Source: Mesotaenium endlicherianum (taxonomy: Eukaryota). From it: DNA of 20,000 nt. Under the pieces are notes generated by a model. The model searched no databases and was not told the origin of the DNA. It was given only the letters and a program-made list of their open reading frames with translations. Location of the stretch: positions 354,907 through 374,906 of the forward strand of contig WELA01003054.1 of assembly GCA_009602735.1 (NCBI GenBank), given 5' to 3'. Positions 10,443 through 20,000 of the stretch are shown piece by piece (positions within the stretch are counted from its first letter, which is position 1; each line of letters opens with the position of its first letter). The position numbers and the translations under genes were made by a program.

Positions 10443-11151
10443 ATGGTGCTTTTATCAGTTAGACAGCCTACTCTGGGCGTCCTTACGCCTTACAGTGGAG
10501 GCCTGTGTGAACCTCAGCAGACAATTTCATGTGGAGCACCTCGCATTCAATGTCCTCGCATTCAGGCATCTGATAGGACACCAATGAACCTCAAGCCGTT
10601 GGCTGGACCTTTATCAAATACTTCAAGGCTTTACATGAAAGGGCCGTTGACAACTGTACAAAATATAGCAGTGCACTCGTTCTGTGCTGGATCTAGAGCC
10701 TTCAGAGGAGATGTGTCAGTTTGTTTTCTGAAGAGATTAGGAGTTCAGAGCCTGTTGGAGTCCTATGGAAGCTCAAAAAAGGACTTGTTTAGCATACCCT
10801 TGTCACTTACTTTTCCCTTCAGAAGATCAATGAACGAAATGGTACCTGTTGCTGAGGGCGTGCTCCGCCTTCACGATGGGATGTCACAAGTCAGAATGAA
10901 TGTCCAGGGGCTCGGTTTTAAGATGCCATTGCTATGGGACAGGTCAGAACCTAGAGCATACGCAAAGGCTACTATTTTCAAAGCTCTGGGTATCACCTCG
11001 TCTTTGGTAGAAAAGCAGGGTGATGTGTCAAATACGTGGAAGGGGGACACCATGTGGCAGCGATGGTTTGGCGGGAATGGGAGGGACGAAGAAGAGAGTG
11101 GATCCGGACCTGCCTTTCGCATTGATGCCCCTGGGCAGCGCGTATTGGCAA
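10443..11151 (+). CDS. SLP1: SLP1 exon 1 (long N-terminal extension to ...IDAPGQRVLA)
   Basis: First ATG of the open frame 10368-11246; phase-1 donor A|GTAAGC at 11152. The 3' end is secure and the 5' end is tentative. Confidence 0.65.
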
Positions 11152-13970
11152 GTAAGCACTGGCAGACATCTGAACTCAGTTATCGAGCTTCCCTAGCTGC
11201 TATAAGTATTGCAGAAACTGAATGTCATCTATTCTTGGGCATCTGAATAAACGTCATGTTTTATATGATAATAGCATATGGGAGCAGGGCAGAGCCTGGA
11301 ACTTGTTAATTCTATCTAGTCTAAATTGAAGACTTGCAATTCGTCTGTAGATATCCTGGGCTGAACTGATCAGAACAGCATATGCTTCCAGGTTGCCACA
11401 TCCGTATTCGCCGCTGTCAAACCCTTCCTAAGGGCAGGATGACCTTCTGTTGTCACTGGGGAGGGGTGTGCAGTTGGGGATCTGCATGGGGATTGGGAGC
11501 AAACCCTAGCAGCATTGAGGCTGGCTGGGGTAATATCGGGCGACAACTCCATGTCTTGGACAGGAGGCTCAGCGGTGAGTTTATCTAGCCTGCTCATAAT
11601 GTGATCCTTTGAAGCTGTATCTATTGATACAAAAACACAAGCTGTTGCTATCATCATACATCTGGTCTCATCTTGCAGGGAACAGAGAAGCAGACTTGTG
11701 TACTTTCTGCAAGCAGCTCAATGCATTGACATGCATTGTAGGAAACCATGGAGATGTTATATTTATGTCCGCTACAAGATATGTCTGGATGATGCGGTGT
11801 TCACTTTGATATGACCACTTCTTATGTCATGCACATGTGACAGCTGACGTAGACATGGGGCATGTGTCCTTTCAAGGCATCCCTCCTCACCTTCACTTAA
11901 AACAAATTTCTTTTGTGCTTAAAGCTGACCTCATGTATCTGCTTGCTTCTTTTGAGCGCAGATTTTGGTCCAGGTTGGGGACATCCTCGATCGTGGAGAC
12001 GACGAAATTGCCATCCTCTCGCTGCTCCGCTATCTGAATGTCCAGGCTCAACAGCACGGAGGAGCCGTCTATCAGGTAAGAAGAAGTCTCCAGGTGTAGT
12101 AAATTCCGCTGTGAGAAACGCATAACAGAAGTTTGTGACCTGTGAACTAATGAGGCCTGATTAGCTGTGAGCAGGTTGCCAGAAGACATAGTTCCAATCT
12201 GGACCCTTCTGTTTGGTAGATCTGAGATGTGAAGTTTTGAGCTATGTTTTACTTGTCTGTGAACACTTTGCACTGCCTATGAGAGTTAGCCCGTGTCACT
12301 TATATTGCGTCAGCCCTCGCTACCTCCAATCCCGCTTTTGCAATGCTTGGCGAGTTGTCTGGTGACAAACAAGGGGGTAATGACGGTGGCGCTATCTTCT
12401 TATTGATCACTTGTTGTAGCTCAGAGAGGCTGAAGCTAAAGCACTGCGATGACTGTCCTTTGTAGTGTGCCTTGAAAAGGAATTCTCCGGACCACTACTA
12501 ACACCACATGATCATCCTAATTGCGTACACGTGTGTGTGTATGTGTGTGCATTTTGTGTCTGTGTTCCAATTGTTTGCTCCTGCGCGCAGATCAATGGCA
12601 ACCACGAGACGATGAACGTGTCGGAGGAGTTCCGGTACGTCACAGAGGGGGGGTACGCAGAGGGGAGCGACTTTGTCACCTACTGCACCGACGTGCACGG
12701 GGGCAACTGGAACTCCGCGTTTGCTGCCTGGTGGTATGCGTCGCAAGACATCAAGGCGCAACGGAAGACAGCCCTGGGGCCCGCCTGGGGCGCCCCCCTC
12801 TCTGCCTGGAACCCTCTTGTGGTAATTGCCTAGCACTTATCTCTACTCTCTGCCTAAAAGGCGCTTGCAGTAATCTCCTAGCTTTCGAGTGTATGTATGT
12901 GAGCCGATCCCAACTTCAGGGATGTTCAATCTGCACCCGTGCCAGCTCACTGGGATTGAGGAGCAATGAATCAACGCTTAAAAAGGAGTAGGTGTGGCTG
13001 GAGGGGAGCTAAAAGGAGAAGGAAGAAGAAGCAGTAGGCAAGGGGAGGAGGCTAGGAAGCTATACGCCCGAGAAGGTGATGGGCGAAGACTTGAGTGTAG
13101 CTCGTGTATTTAACGGTGGACCGTGGATGTTGAGCTGCTGATTGGCTGCTGTTTGACGGGTTTCTCTGGCGCATTGGTGTCGCTGTGATGCCAGGCCCAG
13201 AAGAGGACAAAGGCGCGCTCCATGCTGTTTCGGCCCGGCGGCCCCATCGCCCTCCAGCTGGCGCGTCATCCCTGCGTGATGCTGATCAATGACACGCTGT
13301 ATGCTCATGGAGGCGTGCTTCCTCACCATGGTAAGCCCGCTGTTGGTTGTAGTAGTAGTCCACTCACATTCACAAGCAGAGGCTCTTCTCTGCGTTGCAT
13401 CAGAGCCATGACCGCACGTTCCACTTGTTTACGAAAGATGCAAAGACCACCATTGATGCAGGCGCACATGCACGCGCACACGCTCACATCGCGTCTCTCT
13501 TTCTGCCTGCACGCTTGTCCGTTTGCATCTGTGCACGTGGGGCTGCAAATGTCCTTGAGCGCAGCTGCCAGTTCTTTAAAAATCCCATCAGACAGTAAAA
13601 GGAAGAGCAGAGCACTTGCTGCTGGCTGCTGCTGCTGCTTCTGCTGCTGCTCACACAACTGCCAGCTCTCGAGTCAAATATGGTGGAGAAGAGACCCTGC
13701 TGTTAGCTGCTGCTGCAATTGTTGCTACTATGGCTGCTGCTGCTTCTGCTGCTGCTGACTGTCTGCTGTGGTGTGCACATGTGGCAGTGGAGTATGGGCT
13801 GCAGCGCATGAATCGCGAGCTCAGCCACTGGATGCGCGGCGAGTGCAACGAGAAGGGCGAGGTGGCGCCCATGCCCTTTGTGGCCACGCGCGGCTTCAAC
13901 AGCGTCGTGTGGAGCCGCCTCTACTCGCGGGAGGCGTTTGACTCGGGCGAAGATCGGCGCAGGGTGCGGC

Positions 13971-14009
<39 letters not shown>

Positions 14010-16880
14010 NTTATGCTGATTACAGTTGACTTCCTACGCATGTATGACATGTATGTTTCATATGCAAAGAACCACTCTCGGGTCCACAAGTAGAGGATGG
14101 GTGTCCCGGCAGTGGGTGCAGAGAGTGTGTGAGTAGGGAGAGCCCCCCTAGGTGTTGCAGACTCTTGAACTGCAGCTATCTGTGCCAGTTTCACCCCCCC
14201 CTCCCCCCCCCTTCCCCTCTACGGCAAGCCTATTATCACGATATACACTCTGGGACGCGGTCGGGATTCAGGTCTCACGGAGACGGAAGGCTGTAGGGCC
14301 TCGCCGCATGCGCCGGCGAGCCGAGCGAGCCGTAGTGAGGCTGTTGCAGAGGGCGGGGTTGCTCCTGCCGGGCTTTAAGCTTGTGCCGGTGAAAGCCGCA
14401 GTAGCAGCAGCCGCAGCAGCAGCGCGCAGAGGTATCGCTCCGCCGGGAGTGGCTGCTAGCTTGCTATTCAACCCCTGCTCCTCCGAGGTACGGCACGGCT
14501 TCCTCCGTCCCCGCACCCGCAGAGTGGGGTGTTGTAGACAGCAAACGTGTCTGGCTGCCGACAGTTGGCAGTGCGCCACGGGGGTATAGAGGCAGTCCCC
14601 GCACCTGCAGAGAGGGGGATGTAGAGGGAGAGGGTGTCTGGCTGCCAATAGATGGGAGCGCGATGGAGGGAGAGGGACAGCCTCCTGCACCTGTGGAGGG
14701 TGTTGCCAGTAGAGAGTGTGTCTGGCTGCCGCAAGTTTGGAGCGCGCCGCAGTGGGAGAGGACCAGTCTCTCGCACGCGCCAAAGGTGGTGTGGAAAGAG
14801 GGCGTCTGGCTGGCAGTGGCTGTAAGGGCGTCAGGGGCTGGGAGGGAATGTTTGGAGAGGGCGGTGTCAATGGTGGGCTTATCTTGCACATGGGAAGGTC
14901 CTCGCTTACGTATGCTCCGGCCTAGCGGGCCCAGACAGAGCGTGAGAGAGCCGGAGTCAGGGGGCCTCAAGAGGTTGGGGACAAGGCGGCGTGGGTACAG
15001 CTGGCAACGTAATCAGGCCGGCAGCAGCTTTCTGGCTTCCCAGTGGGTGGGTGAGGGGCGGGTGGGCGGTAGGTGGGGAATGGGGTAGGACTTGGGAGGG
15101 CTAGCAGTGTGCCAGAGCTTGAGACGGCAGCAGGCCCCCGGGAGGTGGACAGTGCCTGCTGGAGTGGAGCTGAGGGATGACATTGTGTATATGTGTGTGT
15201 GCGCGTGTGCGTGTCTGTGTTGGGGGTGGTACGGGGNNNNNNNNNNNNNNNNNNNNNNNNNNNNNNNNNNNNNNNNNNNNNNNNNNNNNNNNNNNNNNNN
15301 NNNNNNNNNNNNNNNNNNNNNNNNNNNNNNNNNNNNNNNNNNNNNNNNNNNNNNNNNNNNNNNNNNNNNNNNNNNNNNNNNNNNNNNNNNNNNNNNNNNN
15401 NNNNNNNNNNNNNNNNNNNNNNNNNNNNNNNNNNNNNNNNNNNNNNNNNNNNNNNNNNNNNNNNNNNNNNNNNNNNNNNNNNNNNNNNNNNNNNNNNNNN
15501 NNNNNNNNNNNNNNNNNNNNNNNNNNNNNNNNNNNNNNNNNNNNNNNNNNNNNNNNNNNNNNNNNNNNNNNNNNNNNNNNNNNNNNNNNNNNNNNNNNNN
15601 NNNNNNNNNNNNNNNNNNNNNNNNNNNNNNNNNNNNNNNNNNNNNNNNNNNNNNNNNNNNNNNNNNNNNNNNNNNNNNNNNNNNNNNNNNNNNNNNNNNN
15701 NNNNNNNNNNNNNNNNNNNNNNNNNNNNNNNNNNNNNNNNNNNNNNNNNNNNNNNNNNNNNNNNNNNNNNNNNNNNNNNNNNNNNNNNNNNNNNNNNNNN
15801 NNNNNNNNNNNNNNNNNNNNNNNNNNNNNNNNNNNNNNNNNNNNNNNNNNNNNNGGGGGGCTGTGGGGCAAGGGCAGGCGTGCGCTGCTCTGGAGGCTGC
15901 GCTGGATGCTGTGGGCGCCAGGCGCCTGGTGGTGGGCCACACCCCCCAGATGGTGGGCGCCAATAGGTACGCCACCTGGCCCCTGCCCCGTGCCTCCCGC
16001 TCTTCTGCCATTCCTCTTGCGCCCTTGCCTGGTTGTGTGTCTCTAGTCTGCCCTCCCCTTCCCCGTCCTCGTCCTCTTTCCTTCCCCCTTTCCTCCTGTT
16101 CTCCAAGGGTGGATTTCGCCTTTCTCTTGTTTTTTTTTGTGTGGAAATTTTATTGGGGGGGGGCACCAACTTGTTGGGCCACATGGGCTGGCTGTCTTAC
16201 TGTTTGACTTGCTTTTGACTCACGCCTCACATACGTGGGGCCTTGCGAGGATTGGTGGAGATTGCAGCGAGTGCGGGGGGCGCGTGTGGCGCATCGACGT
16301 GGGCATGTCTAGCGGCATCCTCAACGCTCCTCCCCAGGTGCTTCATCTCACCCTTCCATTTCCCTCTCCCTCTGCTTTCTCTTTCTTTGCAATCCTTCTC
16401 TCCCTCGTGTGCTAGTCTGCACTTGGTGCCGTTTGTGCGCATGGCAAGGCCGCGGTGCTCACGAGGATGCCAGGAACTCAAAGGAGTATGTTGAGGGTAG
16501 GGCTTCTGAGTCACTTGGCTCTGGAAGAGGTGGACTCGGGTTTTAGTTGTACTGCATGCTAACCCGAGTCTGGGAGAAGATCTTTGCCATCCTGCTTGTA
16601 CTTCGAAGCGTACCCCGCATACGTGGCACTCGCCCCATTCTGCTGCACCGTGCACGTGCTGTGGTGTGACAAGGGAGAGAGTAACTCGCTGTCGATATCA
16701 AGCAGGGCTGCGGGGAGGGAGTGCCGGGAGTGCAATTTTCTCTCCTTGAGTGTCCCTCAGTTGTCGTTTTGCGCCTCTGCCTCGTGTGCGTGCGCTCTGC
16801 AGGTGTTGGAGATCAACGGGGGCAACGTGCAAGTGCTGTCGTCCGAAGACGCATTCTCCTCATACATAGAGACCTCGTAG
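10443..16880 (+). CDS. SLP1: Shewanella-like protein phosphatase (PPP family, SLP1-type), 9 exons, ~567 aa: join(10443-11151,11474-11574,11962-12075,12591-12821,13195-13330,13788-13963,15878-15966,16268-16337,16803-16880)
   Basis: All eight introns are GT-AG with consistent phases. The spliced product has GDLHG, GDILDRG, GNHE, HGG, GHTPQ and RIDVGMS in the correct order and resembles plant SLP1 (recognised from memory). The start codon is uncertain. Confidence 0.92.
11474..11574 (+). CDS. SLP1: SLP1 exon 2 (IGDLHGDWEQTLAALRLAGV...)
   Basis: TGCAG acceptor, GTGAGT donor, GDxHG motif. Confidence 0.95.
11962..12075 (+). CDS. SLP1: SLP1 exon 3 (ILVQVGDILDRGDDEIAILSLL...)
   Basis: CGCAG acceptor, GTAAGA donor, GDxxDRG motif. 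Confidence 0.95.
12591..12821 (+). CDS. SLP1: SLP1 exon 4 (INGNHETMNV...WNPLV)
   Basis: CGCAG acceptor, GTAATT donor, GNHE motif. Confidence 0.93.
13195..13330 (+). CDS. SLP1: SLP1 exon 5 (AQKRTKARSMLFRPGG...HGGVLPHH)
   Basis: CCAG acceptor (a second in-frame CAG lies at 13198-13200), GTAAGC donor, HGG motif. Confidence 0.92.
13617..13768. repeat. Imperfect (CTG)n microsatellite clusters in SLP1 intron 5
   Basis: Interrupted GCT/CTG runs at ~13617-13651 and ~13697-13768. Confidence 0.85.
13788..13963 (+). CDS. SLP1: SLP1 exon 6 (VEYGLQRMNRE...SVVWSRLYSRE)
   Basis: GGCAG acceptor, GTGCGG donor, phases match the neighbouring exons. Confidence 0.92.
13972..14009. repeat. (TC)n microsatellite ending at an ambiguous base (n at 14010)
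   Basis: Perfect dinucleotide run just after the intron 6 donor. Confidence 0.95.
14505..14830. repeat. Degenerate tandem repeat, about four units of 84-87 bp, in SLP1 intron 6
   Basis: Core GTGTCTGGCTGCC at 14547, 14634 and 14718, with variant GCGTCTGGCTGGC at 14802. A second motif CC(C/T)GCAC recurs with the same period. Confidence 0.8.
15237..15854. other. Assembly gap (618 N)
   Basis: Run of N flanked on both sides by G-runs. Confidence 1.
15878..15966 (+). CDS. SLP1: SLP1 exon 7 (ACAALEAALDAVGARRLVVGHTPQMVGAN)
   Basis: GGCAG acceptor, phase-2 GTACGC donor, GHTPQ motif. Confidence 0.92.
16268..16337 (+). CDS. SLP1: SLP1 exon 8 (SECGGRVWRIDVGMSSGILNAPPQ)
   Basis: TGCAG acceptor, GTGCTT donor, IDVG motif typical of bacterial-like PPP phosphatases. 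Confidence 0.92.
16803..16880 (+). CDS. SLP1: SLP1 exon 9 (VLEINGGNVQVLSSEDAFSSYIETS*)
   Basis: TGCAG acceptor, conserved VLEI motif, TAG stop. Confidence 0.9.
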   Translation: MLEINGGNVQVLSSEDAFSSYIETS

Positions 16881-18458
16881 AAGAGAGACATGGGTCACTA
16901 CTTCTCCCGACGCAGGATGCCGGACGAGGAATGTACAGAAGAAGGAAAGGCTGCCCCGCAATGCCCGCCTTGATGCTGAGCTGGCTGATGTCGCACTTTG
17001 CATGCAAATCTATGCACTGTTTGCGGTAACAGAGTTGATAATCATGAGTGAACTTCTTGGGGGCAGAAGATACTTTTTCTTGGCTGCCTTTGCCACCTGG
17101 AGGTCGGGGTTGGAGGACACCTGTAGGTTTGGGATAGGATGTACATTGAGTAGGTAGCTCGTCGTGTCCTTCTTTCTAGTAGGGACCTCTGTCGATCAGT
17201 CGACACACTGGCCAATAAGGACCACACAGTAGGCTCCCATTCTGGCGAGATGATTACGCTGCCGCCATCTTCCCGATCTCCTCCCAAGTCCAGTGCATGT
17301 AACATGTTCAAACGCTTTAGGGTAAAGACATGTTCAGTTGATGTTCTTACAATCTTCATCCCGGTTCTTGCACATGCTGCACCTTAAGAATGCATGAGGC
17401 CTGACCCCAAGTGATGAATGCACCTTGTGTGGAACTCCTTTGTAGAGCTTTCCAAAGGCCAGCCTGCCAATGTCGTAACCCTCTCAGGTATTATTATGCT
17501 TGCAGGCTACTGACCTACCCTTCAGGGTAAGTAGCTCCTTGTCCTGCACTTCATGACTCAACGCTGGACAGCACATCTTATGCTGCCATATTGAGCAGCT
17601 GCTGCAGTATATACACGGACTGTTATGCATACTTGTTTGGCAAGTAGTAGGTGGTAGAGTGACAGTCATACTTCCTCTCAAACTGAAAACATTCATCAGC
17701 TGGGTAGCTGCCCTTGCACTTAGGCGTGTGATCAGATTGGTTTCTTTCAGTTACTCGAAGTACAGTGGATCTATCTTGCGCAGGCTTGCTTTGAGGACCT
17801 CCTGACTACCTGTGTGCTCACGTTCTGCTGCTCAAATACAAATTAAACTACATGCGCCTAGTTTCTTGTTTCTGCATTATTTTCTGTCCTGTTAGTCAGA
17901 ACATGTATACAACGAAGGTTAGTCAGGACCAGGTTTGATGTCCAACTGATCTCTGATTTACAGGCACTTAAACATGTCAATATCTTGAATGAATGCACCG
18001 AAGTGGACGAGACATGTAACTGCATGCGAGGGGCGTCAGGCAACCCTGCCCTCTTCAAATGCGACTCATCTGTGACGAACTTGTCCTGCTCAAAGGGTGC
18101 CTACATGTTGACTAACTAACTACGCAATTTCAGAGGCGAGTGGGATACTACTGCTCTCTGGCAAGGTGGCCCGACGCGCAAGCTACTGCTCTAGCTCCGC
18201 CGTCAGATATTCACGGGCGGCGCGAAATTGCATAATACTACGAACTTACTCCTGACTGACGGAAGCCCAGTGTCAAACCACAGTCGGGGGAGTCATCAAG
18301 CCCCAGCGGGAGCCTCATATTCCCCCAAACAACGGCCGTATAGCTCCTACCTATCCCAGTCAGTCCAGGTACGCATACAGCGGTTGAGTACGCTTTCATG
18401 CCTAGGGCACATCATACCGCCGCTTGAATAAGCTAACGCCCAAAGTCAAGAGCCATTG

Positions 18459-18558
18459 CTACCTGCTGGGCCTGTCAAGAGGAAGCACGTCGGCCGGCTC
18501 CTCGGAGTCGCAGATGTACGAATCGCAGCCCGACTTGTGGCTCCACCAGTCGCGCAGC
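18459..18558 (-). CDS. O-fucosyltransferase family protein, final exon (RLRDWWSHKSGCDSYICDSEEPADVLPLDRPSR*)
   Basis: TGCAG acceptor at 18559-18563, phase 2 matching the upstream donor. The RLRxxW...CDxYxC C-terminus resembles plant POFUT2-like O-FucT proteins (from memory). Confidence 0.85.
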
Positions 18559-18978
18559 CTGCACCGCCGCGTTCACGCCCGGCCGATCACAACAGTCAAG
18601 ATTGCAAACTCGATGCATTGATGAGGTCTGATTCGCAGCAGAGACCGGCGTGGCACAACCAGGGAGCGCTAGCTGCTAGCTGCTAGCTGCTCCCCTAGCT
18701 ATGTAAAGCGGCAGCCGGCAGCCATTGTGCGAGCTGCATGTCCAGGCGCAGCAGCAGCTCTGGCTAGCTCCGCTGCAGCTACAGAAAAGTGCGGCTTCTT
18801 GGAGCAGGAAACAGGCTGCAGAACGTCACAAGTTGCAGCTGCATTGAGCCCCTGAGCGTGAGGGCTGTCGAAGTTAGCAGAACTCTCAGCACGTTGGCTC
18901 CGGCTCTGCCTCTTGCGCCAGCTTCAAATGCGTCTGCACTCTGCACATTGACTAACAGAGTGGAGGTCGACGGCGGGG

Positions 18979-19010
18979 TGTGGGAGGTGGGAGGTGGGAG
19001 GTGGGAGGTG
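18979..19010. repeat. 7-bp tandem repeat (TGGGAGG)n, ~4 copies, intronic
   Basis: GTGGGAGGTGGGAGGTGGGAGGTGGGAGGTG. Confidence 0.9.
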
Positions 19011-19601
19011 AGATGTGGGGCATAGGGGGCAGGGCATGGCTCCAAGTGTCAACCTGCCCCTGTGCTGAGCTCCAAAGGGCCATGGAGCAGCGGCCACGTG
19101 GCGTGGCCACATGTGGACGCCAAAAGAGAGCACCGCAGCAGCAACTCCAGACAGCAGCAGATAGCAGTACCAGCTGGCACAGCAATCGAAAACGATTGGC
19201 TTGCTAGTGTGGCTATCGGTGTTGCACGAACAAACATCACTGCTTGTTGGGAGGCAGCCAATATCCCGCGAATGAGCGACCCGCTGCGTCGATTGGCAGG
19301 CCCATTGACGTGTCGCATGAACAAGAAGCTGGCTCGTTTTGAGGCAGGCAGTCCACAGACACACTGCGCGAAGAACGAGGAGACAGCCCAGTTCGACGCA
19401 TATTGCGTCGCAAACGAGGAGGCAGGCCGTTGAGTCTATGTACCGCAATTGCACGCGCAGGCAGTCGACATATGTCCCCATGAAGAACAAAAACAGGGCG
19501 GCAGGCAGTTGCGATACGCATGCACGTCGCAATTCCACGCGCGAAGAGCGAGCGAGCGAGCGAGACGGCATGCGCGCGCGCACGCGCGCACAAACGTGCA
19601 C

Positions 19602-19783
19602 CTGAAGATGTCGTGCGTGAACGTGGAGCCCCAGTTGCCGTAGAAGATGGAGCTCATGGCGCAGATGGTCTTGTCCACCAGCGACAGCACGTCGCTGTCG
19701 CCCGCCAGCCCGCGCTTCAGCAGCGGCTCCGCCCACGGCTGGTCGCTCAGCGCCGGCAGTCGCACGATGGGCACGCTGTGCCC
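19602..19783 (-). CDS. O-fucosyltransferase family protein, penultimate exon (GHSVPIVRLP...VDKTICAMSSIFYGNWGSTFTHDIF); gene continues beyond the window
   Basis: DKTICAMSxxFxGxxGSTF is the GDP-fucose-binding motif III of O-fucosyltransferases. Donor AG|GTGCAC at 19601; probable acceptor GCAG at 19784-19787. Confidence 0.87.
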
Positions 19784-20000
19784 CTGCTCCCTCTCTCCCT
19801 CCCTCCCCCCCCACATCGACAGCGCACTGCTGACATCAGTGACGCTGGCGCACACACGTGCACGCGCGCTGACGAGGGGAGAGGGTGCTAGAGGGGGAGC
19901 TTTCAGGTGTTGTCTTGAAGGGATGCAGGGGGAGGGAAAGAGACTGCGAGATCTCATCTGGAGGGTGACGACAGAAGGGATAGAGAGAATGGGGGGGGAG

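Noticed and set aside
14505..14830. Regularly spaced 13-bp motif resembling a CRISPR array
   Set aside because: The intervening sequences are themselves homologous, the core is too short, there are no cas genes, and the context is a eukaryotic intron.
14967..16207. Six long ORFs (257-405 aa) spanning the N gap
   Set aside because: Artefacts of N codons lacking stops. Only SLP1 exon 7 is supported coding sequence there.
17042..17359. 105-aa minus-strand ORF
   Set aside because: No recognisable motifs, and it lies in the probable 3' UTR region.
18219..18227. E2F-like site TTTCGCGCC on the minus strand
   Set aside because: It lies between two convergent 3' ends rather than in a promoter, and a single short motif is expected by chance.
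18924..19814. 296-aa minus-strand ORF
   Set aside because: It is an off-frame read through the O-FucT exon and GC-rich intron, with no coherent protein features.

Overview
Eukaryotic nuclear DNA, probably from a green plant-lineage alga (inferred from intron-rich plant-type genes and algal-type retroelements). Bases 1-8982 are a nested cluster of decayed Ty3/Gypsy LTR retrotransposons. It contains a chromodomain-bearing integrase end, a 503-bp 3' LTR with polypurine tract (PPT) inserted into a second integrase, and a GC-rich minus-strand Gypsy whose integrase ends in a PHD finger. That element is split by a 719-bp solo LTR with a perfect CTTAG target-site duplication (TSD). Bases ~10443-16880 carry a 9-exon plus-strand Shewanella-like protein phosphatase (SLP1-type, about 567 aa) with an unusually long N-terminal extension; intron 6 holds an assembly gap and an in-frame 84-87-bp tandem repeat. 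Bases 18459-19783 hold the last two exons of a convergent O-fucosyltransferase-family gene. I see no clearly new biological system. The best leads are the PHD-finger Gypsy with a possibly non-TG LTR terminus, the SLP1 extension, the intronic antisense repeat ORF and the G-rich splice acceptors.
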